Positions 12,087 to 25,400 of a DNA stretch of 64,000 nucleotides are shown here, in pieces (the stretch's first letter is position 1; the number at the start of each line of letters is the position of its first letter). The position numbers and the translations under genes are program-made. The notes under the pieces were generated by a model. The model was not told where the DNA came from. It was given only the letters and a program-made list of their open reading frames with translations, and made no database searches. This DNA is from Lepidodermella squamata (Eukaryota; Animalia; Gastrotricha): the NCBI GenBank assembly GCA_047495785.1, contig JBLDXI010000007.1, positions 3,658,001-3,722,000 of the forward strand, written 5' to 3'.

Positions 12087-13796
12087 CTTAGCAGAATATT
12101 TGTTTTTTTCATTCGAAATGCGATAATTCCGCTTAGATGTCGAATGTAACATGGTGTATACAACTGTCAGTCATACCGTCAGTCGATTTTTTGATAAGGC
12201 TCTGCGTTGATTATTGGTGCTTTTTGCCTTTACGAAGACTTTGATTCTCTTTCTTCGCAATTCTTCTCTCCGTTAAATATTTTATTACCTAAACTCACCG
12301 ACGCCCTGCTCAAAATGAAAAATAATTTCTAGGATGGCTGATTTTTCCACATGATAATTATTAATTTTTAACGCATTTTAAACGAAGGCTGCTGTTTCGA
12401 ACTTCTGAATTGGAGTCTATATTTCAGCACCGGAATCAAGAGTCTAAATGAAAATTAGGGAATCAGAATCAAAGAATTGAGAATAGCGAGCATTGGGAAT
12501 TTCCCCAAGGCTGTCTGGATGTGAACTGTCGCAGCATTCACCGTTATGAAAATCATAGCATAATACACTGGCTCGAGCTTTACTAAGGCTGTAACCGGAA
12601 AAAGCTTAAGCTCATTTGCTCATTTGTGCAATTACCTTGCTTTAAATCTTTACGTGAATGAAACACTTAAATAGCAGACGAATCGTCCTCTACTTTCGGT
12701 CATAACATGTCCGGCTGTTTTCTTGGAAAGTGTACTCATGTATCGCCAGGTCAAATTTTGTCGCTCTTTGCTGGAATTACTCATGCATTTTCACCGGAAT
12801 TGTCAAAGGTAGCATCTTCAATGTCACGAAAGCTTTCATTTACTTTTTTCTCTTCCGAAGAATAGATTTAAATGCAGCACAAGCTGATTCGGGGAGCTGC
12901 TAATCATATGAACAGCGATCACGGAAATTTTCGCACCAAGTCAGCTCTAGCTCATTAAATTTGCTAACAGTTCACAGCATTGCTGTCTTTTAAATATTTG
13001 TTTCCAATAATCCATAATCCTTTGTTTGGATTTTCGCCAGAAGTTCACCTCAGAATTGATTATTACGCTAAATAAAATCCGCGTGTGCCTCAAAGTATGT
13101 TGCATGGGAACGCAGGGTGTGAAAAATTCACTCAGAACCTATATCAAACAGCCAACAGCCAACTGCCTACATTCATTGACAATCAAGCCATGCCAAGAAG
13201 AGAAATATTCCTCATCCTTGAAAGGCTATGACGGGAACTGTTGGAAAAAACCTCTAATGCTGACCCGATTATGCTATACGACACTTTGTTAATGATATAT
13301 AATACGTTGATTACGTCACGTTATTGGTGGTATCACAGCCGCCTCGCCTAAATAGTAAGGAAAAACGTTACATGAGAACAAAAAACGACCGGTTGCAGTC
13401 GAGTGCGTTGCGTCATCACTGCTAGGGGTAGTCGGCGTAGTAATAAGAACATGTAGACGCATGAGGCCGTGTCGCCTTTGACGAGCCTCAAGTTTTTTAG
13501 CATGAAAAAATGTATTGGCATTACACGCAACGTATATTCCTCATCTACACAGAGGCGCATACGATAAAATTCTCGCTTCTCACGTATAAAATAAATATAC
13601 TACACCTAATAAATGGCCGTATGGCCCGACTGCTTGCTGGCTCAACCGCTATAATTTTCGCTGTGCAGTCTTGAATAGTGGGCAGTGCCTCGCTTCAGTC
13701 ACTCATTCAAGAAAAGAAACCGGTACAATTTTCAATTTTCCGACCCATATGCCATTCGAGAAAATCATCACTCAATAGACTAAAATAATCGAGAAA

Positions 13797-14920
13797 ATGG
13801 CCTCAATTTTGAAAAAACATGGAATATTTCTAGTTACCACTTGCCTTTTGTGCTCTTTCAGTCCACTAACTTGCAACGGTAGGTTTCTGGACATTTTTTC
13901 ATCAGTTTCTTTACCAATTTATTAAAAATAGATTTATGGCCCGGACCAGTAACGCCGCCCATCAAAAAAGTTCAGCCAATAGATAGTCTACCCGAGGTCA
14001 CAACGCGAGCCAGTCGGGTTGTGTTATCTCAGGAGAAAAGATTAGTCACAATATCAGCAATAGCTACTCAAGCGACAACAACAGAATCGCTGTTGATCGA
14101 AAGTCGTTTTGGAAGAATTTTCAATGGCCTTTACGACGGTGGCTTTGACTCTTTGCGTGAATTCGATTCCACAACTCCGCTATCTTTCAGCATTAGAACA
14201 GTAGCCTTCATAGCGCCAACAGGCGATTATAATTACAACCGCGGTAACCCTGCATTTTCGGATCGTTACGGTCCGATGTCTGTCAATATTCCGCCGTCGC
14301 TTGGTACGAAAAATCTAAGGAATCCAAATGACGCCATGGTACCTACCGAGCCTTCCACGAGCAGCAGCGATGATAAGCCAACAAAGTTTTTGCTTGCCTT
14401 CAGTGTGTTGGGCTTGGTCATTGCTATGTCGCTGATTATTATGGCGATGATGCTTTGCAGGCGTAGAATAAGATCTGCGTATTTTTCTCGCTTGATGAAC
14501 CCAAGAAGACGACAGCCTCATCAGCATGTTGTTACTCTTAGCGGTCAGGCTGTTTACACAGTTCCCGTTCAAGCCGAGCCGCCACCGAATTACTCGGAAT
14601 TTGAAACTCCAACCAGCGAATCAGCTTTGCCAACTTACGTTCAATTTGTGGAGTACGTAAAATCAACAAATGATAGTCGCGACGATGAGCCAGCGGAGGA
14701 AATGCTGCCTTCTTGGCAGGCATGCACTGTGACTATCTCCACGTCACAGTCACACCAAACAATTGAAATGACATCTCGCGCTACTCCCGGTGCAAATAGC
14801 AGCGATGAATCTCAAGTCGTGCAATCAATTGCTGTTGATAACCTTGTTGCGCATCGCGAAGATAATGAGACTTCTGGAACTTCTCCCGCAAGTGGCGAAG
14901 TTCCACCATTGCCGTCATGA
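13797..14920 (+). CDS. Two-exon type I membrane protein (about 356 aa) with PPxY/LPxY tail
   Basis: Exon 1 13797-13878 encodes a signal peptide (MASILKKHGIFLVTTCLLCSFSPLTC; donor G|GTAGGT). Exon 2 13932-14920 is in frame with the 14021 ORF. TM FLLAFSVLGLVIAMSLIIMAMMLC then RRR; motifs PPPNY and LPTY. Confidence 0.8.
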
Positions 14921-15601
14921 TGTTTCTGCTCCCAAGGATGTCATTTGAAGTCTGCTTGTTCACATTTAGCTTTTTAAAAAATAAAATGAATCTGCCTTTT
15001 ACAAGGACGTTTCAACTGATGTAACTGATTCGACCGTATGCTTATCATGTTCGGAAGGCTCAGTCACTTCAAACAGAGTTAGATTAAATTACATAATTTG
15101 TTTTTATTGGCTTGCGGTATAATGAAATATTTGTCCAAATTGTCCTCGGATTGTGTCCTCAGGTCAAAGTGTGGCAAAAAAATTAGCCGCATTCTTGCTA
15201 GAAAAACTATGAAAACATCTGAAGAGTTTCAGGTGTCTGGCACCTGGTAGAGCAGGCCTAATGAACTGGCTCAAGGTCACTCATGATTGACTAGAAGATA
15301 GAGATCAAGGATCAGATTAACAACTAGATAATGGCGTCGATTGAGACTGGTTCACCTGAGGCCTGAGCATTACAGGAGTATGGCGCCGCCCGCGCCTACG
15401 CCCTTACGAGGCGGCTATATGCGCGGTTCCATCTTAGAAGCTTGAAATTAAAGCCATATCAGATCAGCTCGAATAAAGACCGGTGCGACACCGGCCGATT
15501 TCCAAAAATCATTTCTCGAAAATCGATTTTCCGAATTTTGCGGAAATCGCCATTTTTTGCTCTGTCTATTTTTATTTAAGATTTTATCATAAACTCTGTT
15601 A

Positions 15602-16565
15602 CCCAAGGAAAAAAAAGGGATCATCCTGGCCTGATGTAGATGTCATCTATATGAGACCGTCACATGTCGGCTGCATGTAAGACACATGTAAGATGCATGT
15701 CAAACAAGTGTTCTAGATGGGTACAAGATGCATCTTACATGTCAACTCCATCATTTAGGAATCATGAAAGATGAATTGTACATGATGTATAGATGTGTCT
15801 TAGATGCAACCAAGTCTACAGCAATTTATTTGATTATTTCCAAAATTGTGCATATGCAAATCAATTTAGCTGTTGTTTCAATTCTCACTCAAAGAGGTGG
15901 TCAACCCAAAATTTTTTCCAATTAATTCATATTCAGACGGTTTTTGACGAGACTGGGCGTGGGTGAGTTTAACCTAAGCGTTCACTCCCTGCCTTCGCGA
16001 GCTGAGGGGAGCGCCATTGTAACCCAGAGCCTAAAGGGTCGCCCCAAGGCTTCTCGTGAAATTATTTCAATTTAATACTAATAATAATACTAATAATACT
16101 AATTAAGAGTTCAATGGGTTAGAAGTCATGTCGACTGAAAATTACCCATAATCTTAAGGTGTTTATCGATACGACATCTTTATGACATGATTTTGTCAAA
16201 TTATGTAGTGCACATCTACATGAAATGTAGATGCCATGTAGATGAGATCTACATGTCATGTAGATCGCATCTACTTGTCATATAGATTTCATGTAGATCC
16301 CATCTACTTGTCATGTAGATGTCGTGTAGATCGCATCTACTTGTCATGTAGATCGCATCTACTTGTCGTGTAGATATCATGTAGATAAGGCCATGTATCA
16401 TCATGGCTTCATGTTAAGATGATGCTCGGATGAATTGTACATGAAGCTTAGCGATCATCCACGATTCATGTAAGTTACATCTAAGATGCATCCTCGCACC
16501 AAAAAAGATCACATCTGAATGACATCTACATCGACTGTCGATCTATCCTAATTTCTTTCCTTGGG
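15602..16565. mobile_element. Non-autonomous DNA transposon (CCCAAGG...CCTTGGG termini, TA duplication, internal tandem repeats; CMC/EnSpm-like architecture)
   Basis: Termini CCCAAGGAAA and TTTCCTTGGG, each flanked by TA; subterminal GATGTAGATGTCAT is inverted at both ends; tandem CATCTACTTGTCATGTAGAT units around 16210-16385. No transposase ORF. Confidence 0.7.
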
Positions 16566-19415
16566 TACTTTTTTCTACAAATTGGAGCAATAAAATAATG
16601 TTGACCTTGAAGTTTCAGTGCGCGGTAAAAATTCAAACGTGTCTATTTTCGCGTTGCCACAAGATCTCATCTGCCCAATGTATTTATTTGCTTCCTTGGG
16701 ATCCGTGGGCAGGCAGGCCACCAGAGCGGCATGACATCCCTCATCACGCAGAAGCTGGGAATGTGGCCTATGAGCACATAAGGCATAAGGCCATGCTATC
16801 TTCCCGTTAAAATTAAGTCATTTGAAGTTTCTATTTTCTTATATGCAGGCTCTCCGCCAGCCGCCTGTTGAACCTCATTCAAATTGACTTGGGATTTTGG
16901 GATGCTTGATACCGGAAAAATGTATCGCGATTCCTTCATTGAAACCTCCCACCATTCTGTTCATTAAATACTTATCTTCAACATTCTTATGGTTGCTTTG
17001 AAAACTTGAACAGTCGCAGCCGTCCGGCTTGATTGCATATAAACAGCTCTATTGATGACCATTATGCGTAATTTGACTTTTGCCCGGTCAGTTTGAAGGC
17101 TAATAGTGGTATTTTTCAAGTTTTCATTGGATTCTCCCGACTATATATGATTTCTCCGAATGGCATGGCTATGTAAGGTGTAAAGCATTAACATTTCGAC
17201 GAGTTTTACCGCCACACTCAGTGTCATGGTCGTCCATGAGCCACCGACTGTTGTGATATGGCTGGCCACCGTGCAACCTTAAGCTCCAGATGTGAGTACA
17301 TCCGTGCCGATGGCCCTGATTTTCAACCAAAAAAAATGGCTGTTGGATTGAACATCTTTTTATCGATTCGGTCCCCTAAAATCTTTGTGATTTTTCTGGA
17401 TTATTTCATTGACACTTGCCATTTGTATTTGAGATTCAAGGCTGAAGTGTGTTAGCTTGAATCATTTCCTCTCCGCTGTAACGCTTTTAGCTGAGAATCG
17501 GTGGCCAAAGCCGATAGATCATAATTAATACCTATCTCTAGCTGCATGATGAAGCAATGCGTTGCATAACGCGCATCAAGAGCTTTGAGAGTTTCTTAAT
17601 CGCGGCTCTAATGACTTCCGATTCATATCTCCTCGATAATTAGACGCATTTCGCGGCGCGTATCAATAGATATTGACACCATTAGCATCTGCTCACAATT
17701 TGCAGTCTGCATTTTTTCAACGCCAGCGTTACGTTTCGCGTAAACAATCACAGCTCATCTAGTGTTCACTCCGTTTTGTAACAATAATAGTGTATAATGA
17801 CGATTACAATAAAAGAGCACGAATAAGCGGCGATTTTAATCATTATCACAATCATCAACACACACGCGCATAGGCTAAACTTGGTTATTTTATGCTATAT
17901 CCCGTATAACCGAGGGTGGGCAGGCCGGCCGTTTTGCTGTTATAATGGGCCGTGGCCATTAAGCGAGTTATGTATAGAGGTAGTACCTAGTACTATATAT
18001 ATTTCCATGCGTATAAGGTGGCTGTTCATACTCGCCAGATTTTGCGGTAGAGACGGTAAACACGCACGCTGGATTTCACGCGCTCAGGGCCTGATGCTGC
18101 TCATCCGCATGCATGCAGGCCGTCATGTTCTGGACGGTGCGATAAGGAGGCGCATTTCAAGCCCGCGCTCGTTTGTTATTACGCGCGCCGGCCGGCCGGT
18201 TCTGCGCGCATACGCGAGCGCCTATTATCAAGCAGGCAAAAAAGAACGTACTGAGGCTGCCGCTGATTTCAGCAAGCAGCCGCGCCGAACGATCCAGCTT
18301 ATAACTAAACGAGGCAGAGGGATGTCTTAAGCGTGTATGGTTGTATTGCTGTTATTATTATTATTTTTAGCCCCGCATCTTCGAACCGGCCTGCCTGCCT
18401 ACCAACCTACCTGCTTACTTCGCTAGTAATAAAGCTACGTAGTATGTAGTAGTGAAGCCTTCGAACCTGTACCAATACCGGGTAGTATAATAGCCTTTTC
18501 TCTTTTCTACTTTTCTGCCTATTACTATTATACCTTCAAGCTATCTATCACTGCTCGCCGTGTTTTGAGGCTGGTGCCGATCAGCGCCACCCTCCTCCTC
18601 CTACTCCTACTCTTCGCTGGGAAAATATTTAGATTGCCTTTACTACAACCCGGCTTAGCTACGGCTGAATTTAAAACTGGGCCATTTCTCGCTTCAATAG
18701 TAAATTTGCCTACTATTTGTTTTTCGCTGATAGAATTCAGTGACAGATCGGTTGAAATAATTTTCGGCCGATTTTATTAATTGATTTAATTAATAACTCA
18801 TCCATCAAAATGCGTAGCAAAGATCATTCATATTCACTATAATTGGATGAGATTTACTTACTAGGAAGCAAATTTCGGAATAATCGATTTTCTGTAGCAG
18901 TTTCATGAAGCCTAGAAAATAAACCCGTTATTTCTTTCCCCAATTTTTATAATCGAATGGAATTTTTTTTAATTTTACCGTTTGCTATTTTCGACTTTGA
19001 TTCCTTGTAGGATATATATTGATTTACAATTTCCGCGAATTCGCCCTGTTAATTATTTGGGAATTATAGGGTTAATGAATTCAATAAACTTTTTCATTAA
19101 ATTTTATATACAAAGATTGACCTAGAAACAGACAAGTATGTTAATTTTGCGGGGAAATGTTAATATAATATTAAAAAATTTATGTGTCATTGACCTGATT
19201 TTTTTCAGTGAAATTTCAGGATTTTTATTGATTTATTGGTGGGATTTTTATCGACCACATTTTGAATTTTTATGATTTTTGCCTATTAATAGAATTTGTT
19301 AATTTTTGAAATTGAGGTGTTGTTGTTGAAGCGGCAACACGCTCAATTTAGCAAATAGCGGCCATTGACGCGCCGGCTCTATTAAACAAGCTGAGCCGCT
19401 GAAGTCGCAATAACA

Positions 19416-22400
19416 ATGGCCGACGAAGCCGGCGGCCTTCAGGCCGAGGAGGTTTCATTCCTCCGCACCGTAAGTCAATTGAATTTTCTAGAGAAAACCC
19501 ACCACTCAATTAACACATTAAATGGCCCGTTTTACGTCATTTAAAATTTTTTTTCTATTTTTTATTACTTTTTCAAAATGCGACAGGGTGATCACATATC
19601 GCTGAGCACTGGCCATACAGGCGAGCGCATTGCCCTGGCGGCCGAGGCGTTTGGCAATCGAATTTGCTTCCTCGAACAGCTGAATTTGAAAGATTTCCCG
19701 CCAGATATAGCGCTATGTTCTTTTGTCCTCGAACAAGCGCTGTCAGTCCGCGCCTTGGAAGAAATGATCATGTCACCAACCAAATCAGCCGTAAGTTTCA
19801 CTCGATTTCAATCTTTCTATCAGATCAGTGGAAAAAAATCAATCGATGAATCTTACTCTCCGGGGTTCTGGGAATTCATATGAATATTATGGCCAAAAAT
19901 GGAATGTATATCATCGATTTTCAGTTTCAACGGGAAATCAAATTAACAAACTTAAAAATATATATTTATTGCGCCTATGAAGTTTGCGAATAATTGCGAG
20001 AAATATATCTTTCTTCAATTTTTATTCATGGATTTATCGGCTTTTTATGCCGGGCTTTGCTCTTTTCGAAATTTTTGAAACCAAGTTTCCTCCTGAGAAA
20101 ATTTGTTTATTTTTCAGTTTTCCAATTTTTCAGGCTGAAATGAAATTTTTGTGTTAAATTATGTAATTTATTCCTGATTTTAGAGTGGTCTTGGCGGTTC
20201 AAAAACACTGCTTTACGGCCACGCTGTTCAGCTGAAACACCTTTACACATCCATGTTTCTCGCGTGCCTGCCAACAAATTCATCGAAGGACAAGCTCGCC
20301 TTCGACGTTGGTCTGCAGGAGTCGTCCGAGGGCGAGGCGACGTGGTGGACCATCCACCCGGCGTCGAAGCAGCGCTCCGAGGGCGAGAAGGTGCGCTGCG
20401 GTGACGATTTGATCCTCGTCAGTGTTGCTACGGAGCGTTATTTGCACATTGGCAGCGGCCACAAGGTCATTGCCTCGTTCCAGCAGACGCTGTGGACTGT
20501 CCAGCCGATTTCAACGGGCCAAATTCGCCAAAAGGCTATTGGTTAGTTTATTGAGAAACTAGAATCTGGCTGGTTTAAATATTTTAGAAATCTGAGATCA
20601 ACTTTTTGAATTTCACGTAATTTAAAATAGAAATCTGATCAAAACTAATAATTGGGAGCGGATCAAACGATAGATCAAATGGATCAAAATTGATTCAAAA
20701 GTTGATCCTTGAATTTCTGATACTTATTTGATCAAATAGTCAATTTAAGATAGAATCAGAATCTGATACGCTTTTCGCATGAAGCTGAAGATAAACTCTG
20801 TTTGCGCTTCTTTTGAGACGCTGGATTAATTTTTCGCTATTAGAATGTAGAATACGTTAAAAAATGGATAATTTTCAACGAAAATTTGCAATACTAGACT
20901 AGAAATTGCTTGGTTATTAAAGGTTTTGAATTTAATTTTCGCATTTTTATTGGGACAAATTCTCTCTGTTTCTCTGAATTCCAGCGTTAAAATGTCAGAC
21001 TAGCATTAAAATAGTTCCTACTACATTTTTTCTTGTTTCTCTTCTGAAGGCTTTGTTTTCGGCTATGACGTTGTGCGTTTAATGCACGGTCACATGGACG
21101 AATGCCTAGTCATACCGCCTGTGTCACAAGAAAACTGCACTCAAGTCGTCATGTACGAAACGGGCAGCGTGTGCCGATCCGCCCGCTCGCTCTGGCGCAT
21201 CGAACACATCAAAACCAAGTGGTCAGGCGGCTTCGTTGGCTGGGGCACCCCGGTGCGCCTGCGCCACATCACCTCAGGCCGGTACCTGGCCGTAGTCGGC
21301 GACCAAAACGCCCTAGCAACGGTACATCGGCGCGACGCTTCCGACGTCGCTTGCACTTTTGTCGTGCGGAAAGACAAGGACGAAAAGCAGAAGGATAAAG
21401 AAATGTTAGAAATCGAAGGCATGGGCCCGGCTGATATCAAATACGCCGATTCTATCATCTACATCCAGCATTTAGACACCTCGCTATGGCTGTCTTACCG
21501 CACTTTCGAGACTAAGAAAAAGGGCGTGGGTCGTGTTGAGGAGAAGCAGGCGACCATGTTAATTGAAGGCCACATGGACGATGGCTTATCGCTGGCTAGG
21601 GCGTTGGATGAAGAGGCGAAATCGGCGCGTGTTATTCGAAAATGCACGTGGATTTTTCACAAATTTATCGCGGCTTTGACGCATTTGCGGAAAGGCCCTG
21701 GCGAGGATGTTTGGACGCGTGTCACTCTCGGCGAGGTAAATTTTCAATTTCAATTTTTCAGGAAATTTCACCGATAGTTTTTAAGACCCCGCTCAAAATT
21801 AACCCGATTTTTCCCTTGAGAATTAAATTAAGGATGCTTAACATGTTCGGTTTAATTTCGTACTGAATAAAATTATTATCTAGAAATTCAAATTTCCCCC
21901 ATTTCAACTAATAATTTTCTTATACTTTGTATTTTTCATGTGACTAACCATTTCACATTTTTGAATTTAGCACCGCAAACATTCCCAATATGAATCCCGT
22001 ATGGAAATTCTGTTAAAGGTCCCTAGTCAATTTTCAATATTAATGCTATATTATAGCGTGTTAGTTTTATTGTGCAATGCGGGTGTAGATCAAAACCTTA
22101 TGCTTTCCCTATCATTTAGATGCAGATTAATTTCTCTCCTCGCAATATTTCCCCACTGAGTTTGTGTTGTCAAAATTTGCCGATTCATTCAAAAAAATTG
22201 AAATTGTTGCAATTTTGGAAATCATTTAATATCTACTGCTTCCTACTACTTGTTAGCTAGTAACTTCTCAGTTTGAAAAAATTGTATTAATTTTTTACAA
22301 ATCCTTTGCATATTTTTTGGCCTTCAGATTTTGGTTCTGTTGAAGTGATGGAGTGTTGAATTTTTGTTTCATAACAGGTCCAACGTTGTTTGGCCGATCT

Positions 22401-25400
22401 TATCGAGCTATTCTCGCCCCCAGCTGATACAGACGCTCACGAAGAGAAGCAGTTGAAACTGAAAATTTTACGCAACCGCCAAGATTTACTGCAGGAAGAA
22501 GGCATGATCCCACTGATCATCGAAACAATCGACACGCTGTCTTGCTTCAAAACCGGCGCTCAATTCGCGCTTTACATGGGCTCGGAGGATGCTGCCGGCA
22601 TTTGGGACTCGATTTCAAATTCGCTGTACCTACTTCTCGCCTCGGTTATTCGCGGCAATCGAACGAATTGTAACGAATTCGCCCAGGCGGAACGTCTCGA
22701 TTGGCTGGTTGATCGGCTGAAAAATTCAACATCGACCAGTGTCCTCGATGTGTTTCATTGCATTTTGATCGGCTCACCCGAGGCGCTTAACGTCATTCGC
22801 GAGCAGCATATCGAAACAATTATCGGCCTTATCGATCAATCAGGTCGAACACCGAAAATTCTTGAGGTAAGCTATTGGCGAAAGTTCTATTAGAAATCTA
22901 ACCGAATCGGATTCTGATTCTATCTTGAATTGAGTACTTGATCAAATCTGTATAAAAAAATCCAAGGATCACTTTTGATCAATGTTGTTGATCCATTTTA
23001 GATCTTAATTTGATCCGCTTCCGAGTTTTGATCAGATTTCGATCTAATTTCTGTATTTTTGACTTGCTTCATTTTCAATTTTTCTCATTTTTTAGGTCCT
23101 GTGTTCGCTTTGCGTTGGTAACGGCATGGCCGTGCGTTCTAACCAGAACTTGATCTGCAACAACCTGTTGCCCGGCCGTGATCTGCTCCTTCAGACCGAT
23201 TTGATCGACTACGTCAACTCAGTGCACCCTAACGTCTACATTTCGGTCGCCGAGGCTTCAGGCACGTACCGCAAATGGTACTTTGAAGCTGTAGTCGACC
23301 AGTTGACGACCGTCTCGCATCTTGAGCCGCATTTACGCATCGGCTGGGCGAACACGGCTGGTTACATGCCGTACCCAGGCTCCGGGGCGAGGTGGGGCGC
23401 GAACGGCGTTGGCGATGATTTGTCGTCGTGGGGCTTCGATGGCACGCGAATTTGGACTCAAGGTCGAGATTCCTATGTTCGTGCTATTGACGCCCGTTTG
23501 CAGAAGGGCGACGTAGTCGGGTGCTACCTGGACCTCAACATTCCCAAGATCTACTACACTGTTAATGGAATCAAGGTATAGGAAACATTTTAATAGTGAA
23601 ATTGCATTAATTTAATCCACAGATGAATTTCTCGCTCGTTTTTACAATTTTCGAATAAAAGTGACAGTTTTTCTAGCATTTTTAATTAAAGTGAGTATGG
23701 ATCAAAATTATATTGAATTTTCCAAAATTTCATTGCCTTAAATTCTATTTTTTAATACACGATTGATCGAAATCCGATCAAATTTTTTATTTATTTTTTT
23801 AATGTCTTTTTTTATCTCTCTACGATATGATGTAGCATCACAATTTAACCTCAACTCGATTTCCTTAGTGATGAAATTTTGATTTGGGACTGGATGAGAA
23901 AAATAAGCAAGGAATTTTCAACTCAACTTTAAAATAGCCCTAATTTTCGACAAATATTTCTCGCAATTTCTAGTCACTTTGACCTCATTCTTTGTACATT
24001 TCCAAACGTTCCTCGTTTATCTAATTTGTTTACTTTCAACAGGTTCGCGGCTATTTTACGAATTTCAACACTGATGGACTGTTCTTCCCGGCTATTTCGA
24101 TGTCGGCCGAAGTGTCGTGCCGCTTCCTGTTCGGCGGCGAGCACGGCCGATTGAAGCACGGCCCAACAGACGATTTCTCGCCTGTCTGCGAACAGTTGCT
24201 ACCCAGCGAAGAACTTGTCGTTCGTACGATTTTCTCCTTCGGCACCCTGCCGAAAAATACCTATCAGGGCCCGGATGACATGCCGTCGAAGCCTCGCCTC
24301 ATTTCAGCGCCCATCGACACATCGGGCACACTTTTCCCTGTCTATTTGGACCAAGTTCGTGACCGATTGGTCGAGAATATTCACGACATTTGGGCAGCGG
24401 GTAAAATCGAGCAAGGATGGATGTGGGGCGATCGGCTAGATGAGCAAATGCATCTCAATCCATTTTTGACAGGTGATTTTCCACATTTAACTGTCATGGC
24501 TTAATTTATTGGTGCGATTTTGCTTTTTGAAATCTTTTTTCAGCATTCGAGCAGTTACCAGATGGCGAACGAGCTTTGAAACTGAAACAATCTACCGAAA
24601 TTGTTCGATCAATTCTAGCTCTCGGCTATCATTTCACCGCTGATACGGCTAAACAGCAAAATTTGCGGTTGAAATACGCCAAATTACCGAACACCTTCCT
24701 ACAGGCAAACGGTTATAAACCCAGCCCATTGGACACTACATCAATCGCTGTTCCCGAGGCGTTATCGCCTTTGGTCGAGAGAATGGCCGAAAATTTGCAT
24801 AACGTCTGGGCACGTGATCGCATTAAATTAGGCTGGACTTATGGCCTGAGTGAGGACGCAACTGCTAGGAGAACTCCCTACTTAGTGCCGTATAACCTGT
24901 TGTCGGCTGATGTTAGACAGGCGAATTACGACACGGCTTCGGAGCATATTCGAACGATTTTGGCCTACGGATGGATCATTGAAAAGCCGACTGCTGATAT
25001 GGCTGAGGCAAATACGGGCCCGGATGATACGGCTATCACGAAGGTTAAGCGGACTTATTGCGGTCAGTCGACCTACGCAGTCACCGAGGGAAAATGGTAC
25101 TACGAGGTGAGTCTATTCAAATTTCAAATTTGAGATTATTTCCGACTTTTTTGGAATTTTTAGGTTGAGTTGTTAACCGCTGGACCAATGCGTATTGGCT
25201 GGGCTCGTACCTCAATGACACCCGATTCGCTCGTTGGCGCTGGTCCAGATTCGTTTGCCTTTGACGGCTCAGTCGCCCTGCGCTACAACGGCTCAGCCCA
25301 GCCCTACGGCAAAGTTTGGCAGGCCGGCGATGTTCTCGGGTGTATGCTCAACATCGAGGATAAATCCATCATTTTCTCGCTAAATGGCGAACTTTTGATG

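Noticed and set aside
16210-16385. Regular short repeats superficially like a CRISPR array
   Set aside because: No unique spacers, eukaryotic context, and they lie within a TIR-bounded element.
17881-18780. 149-aa and 71-aa ORFs in the GC-rich region upstream of RyR
   Set aside because: Non-ATG starts and no recognisable protein features; more likely promoter or 5' UTR sequence, which I cannot delimit.
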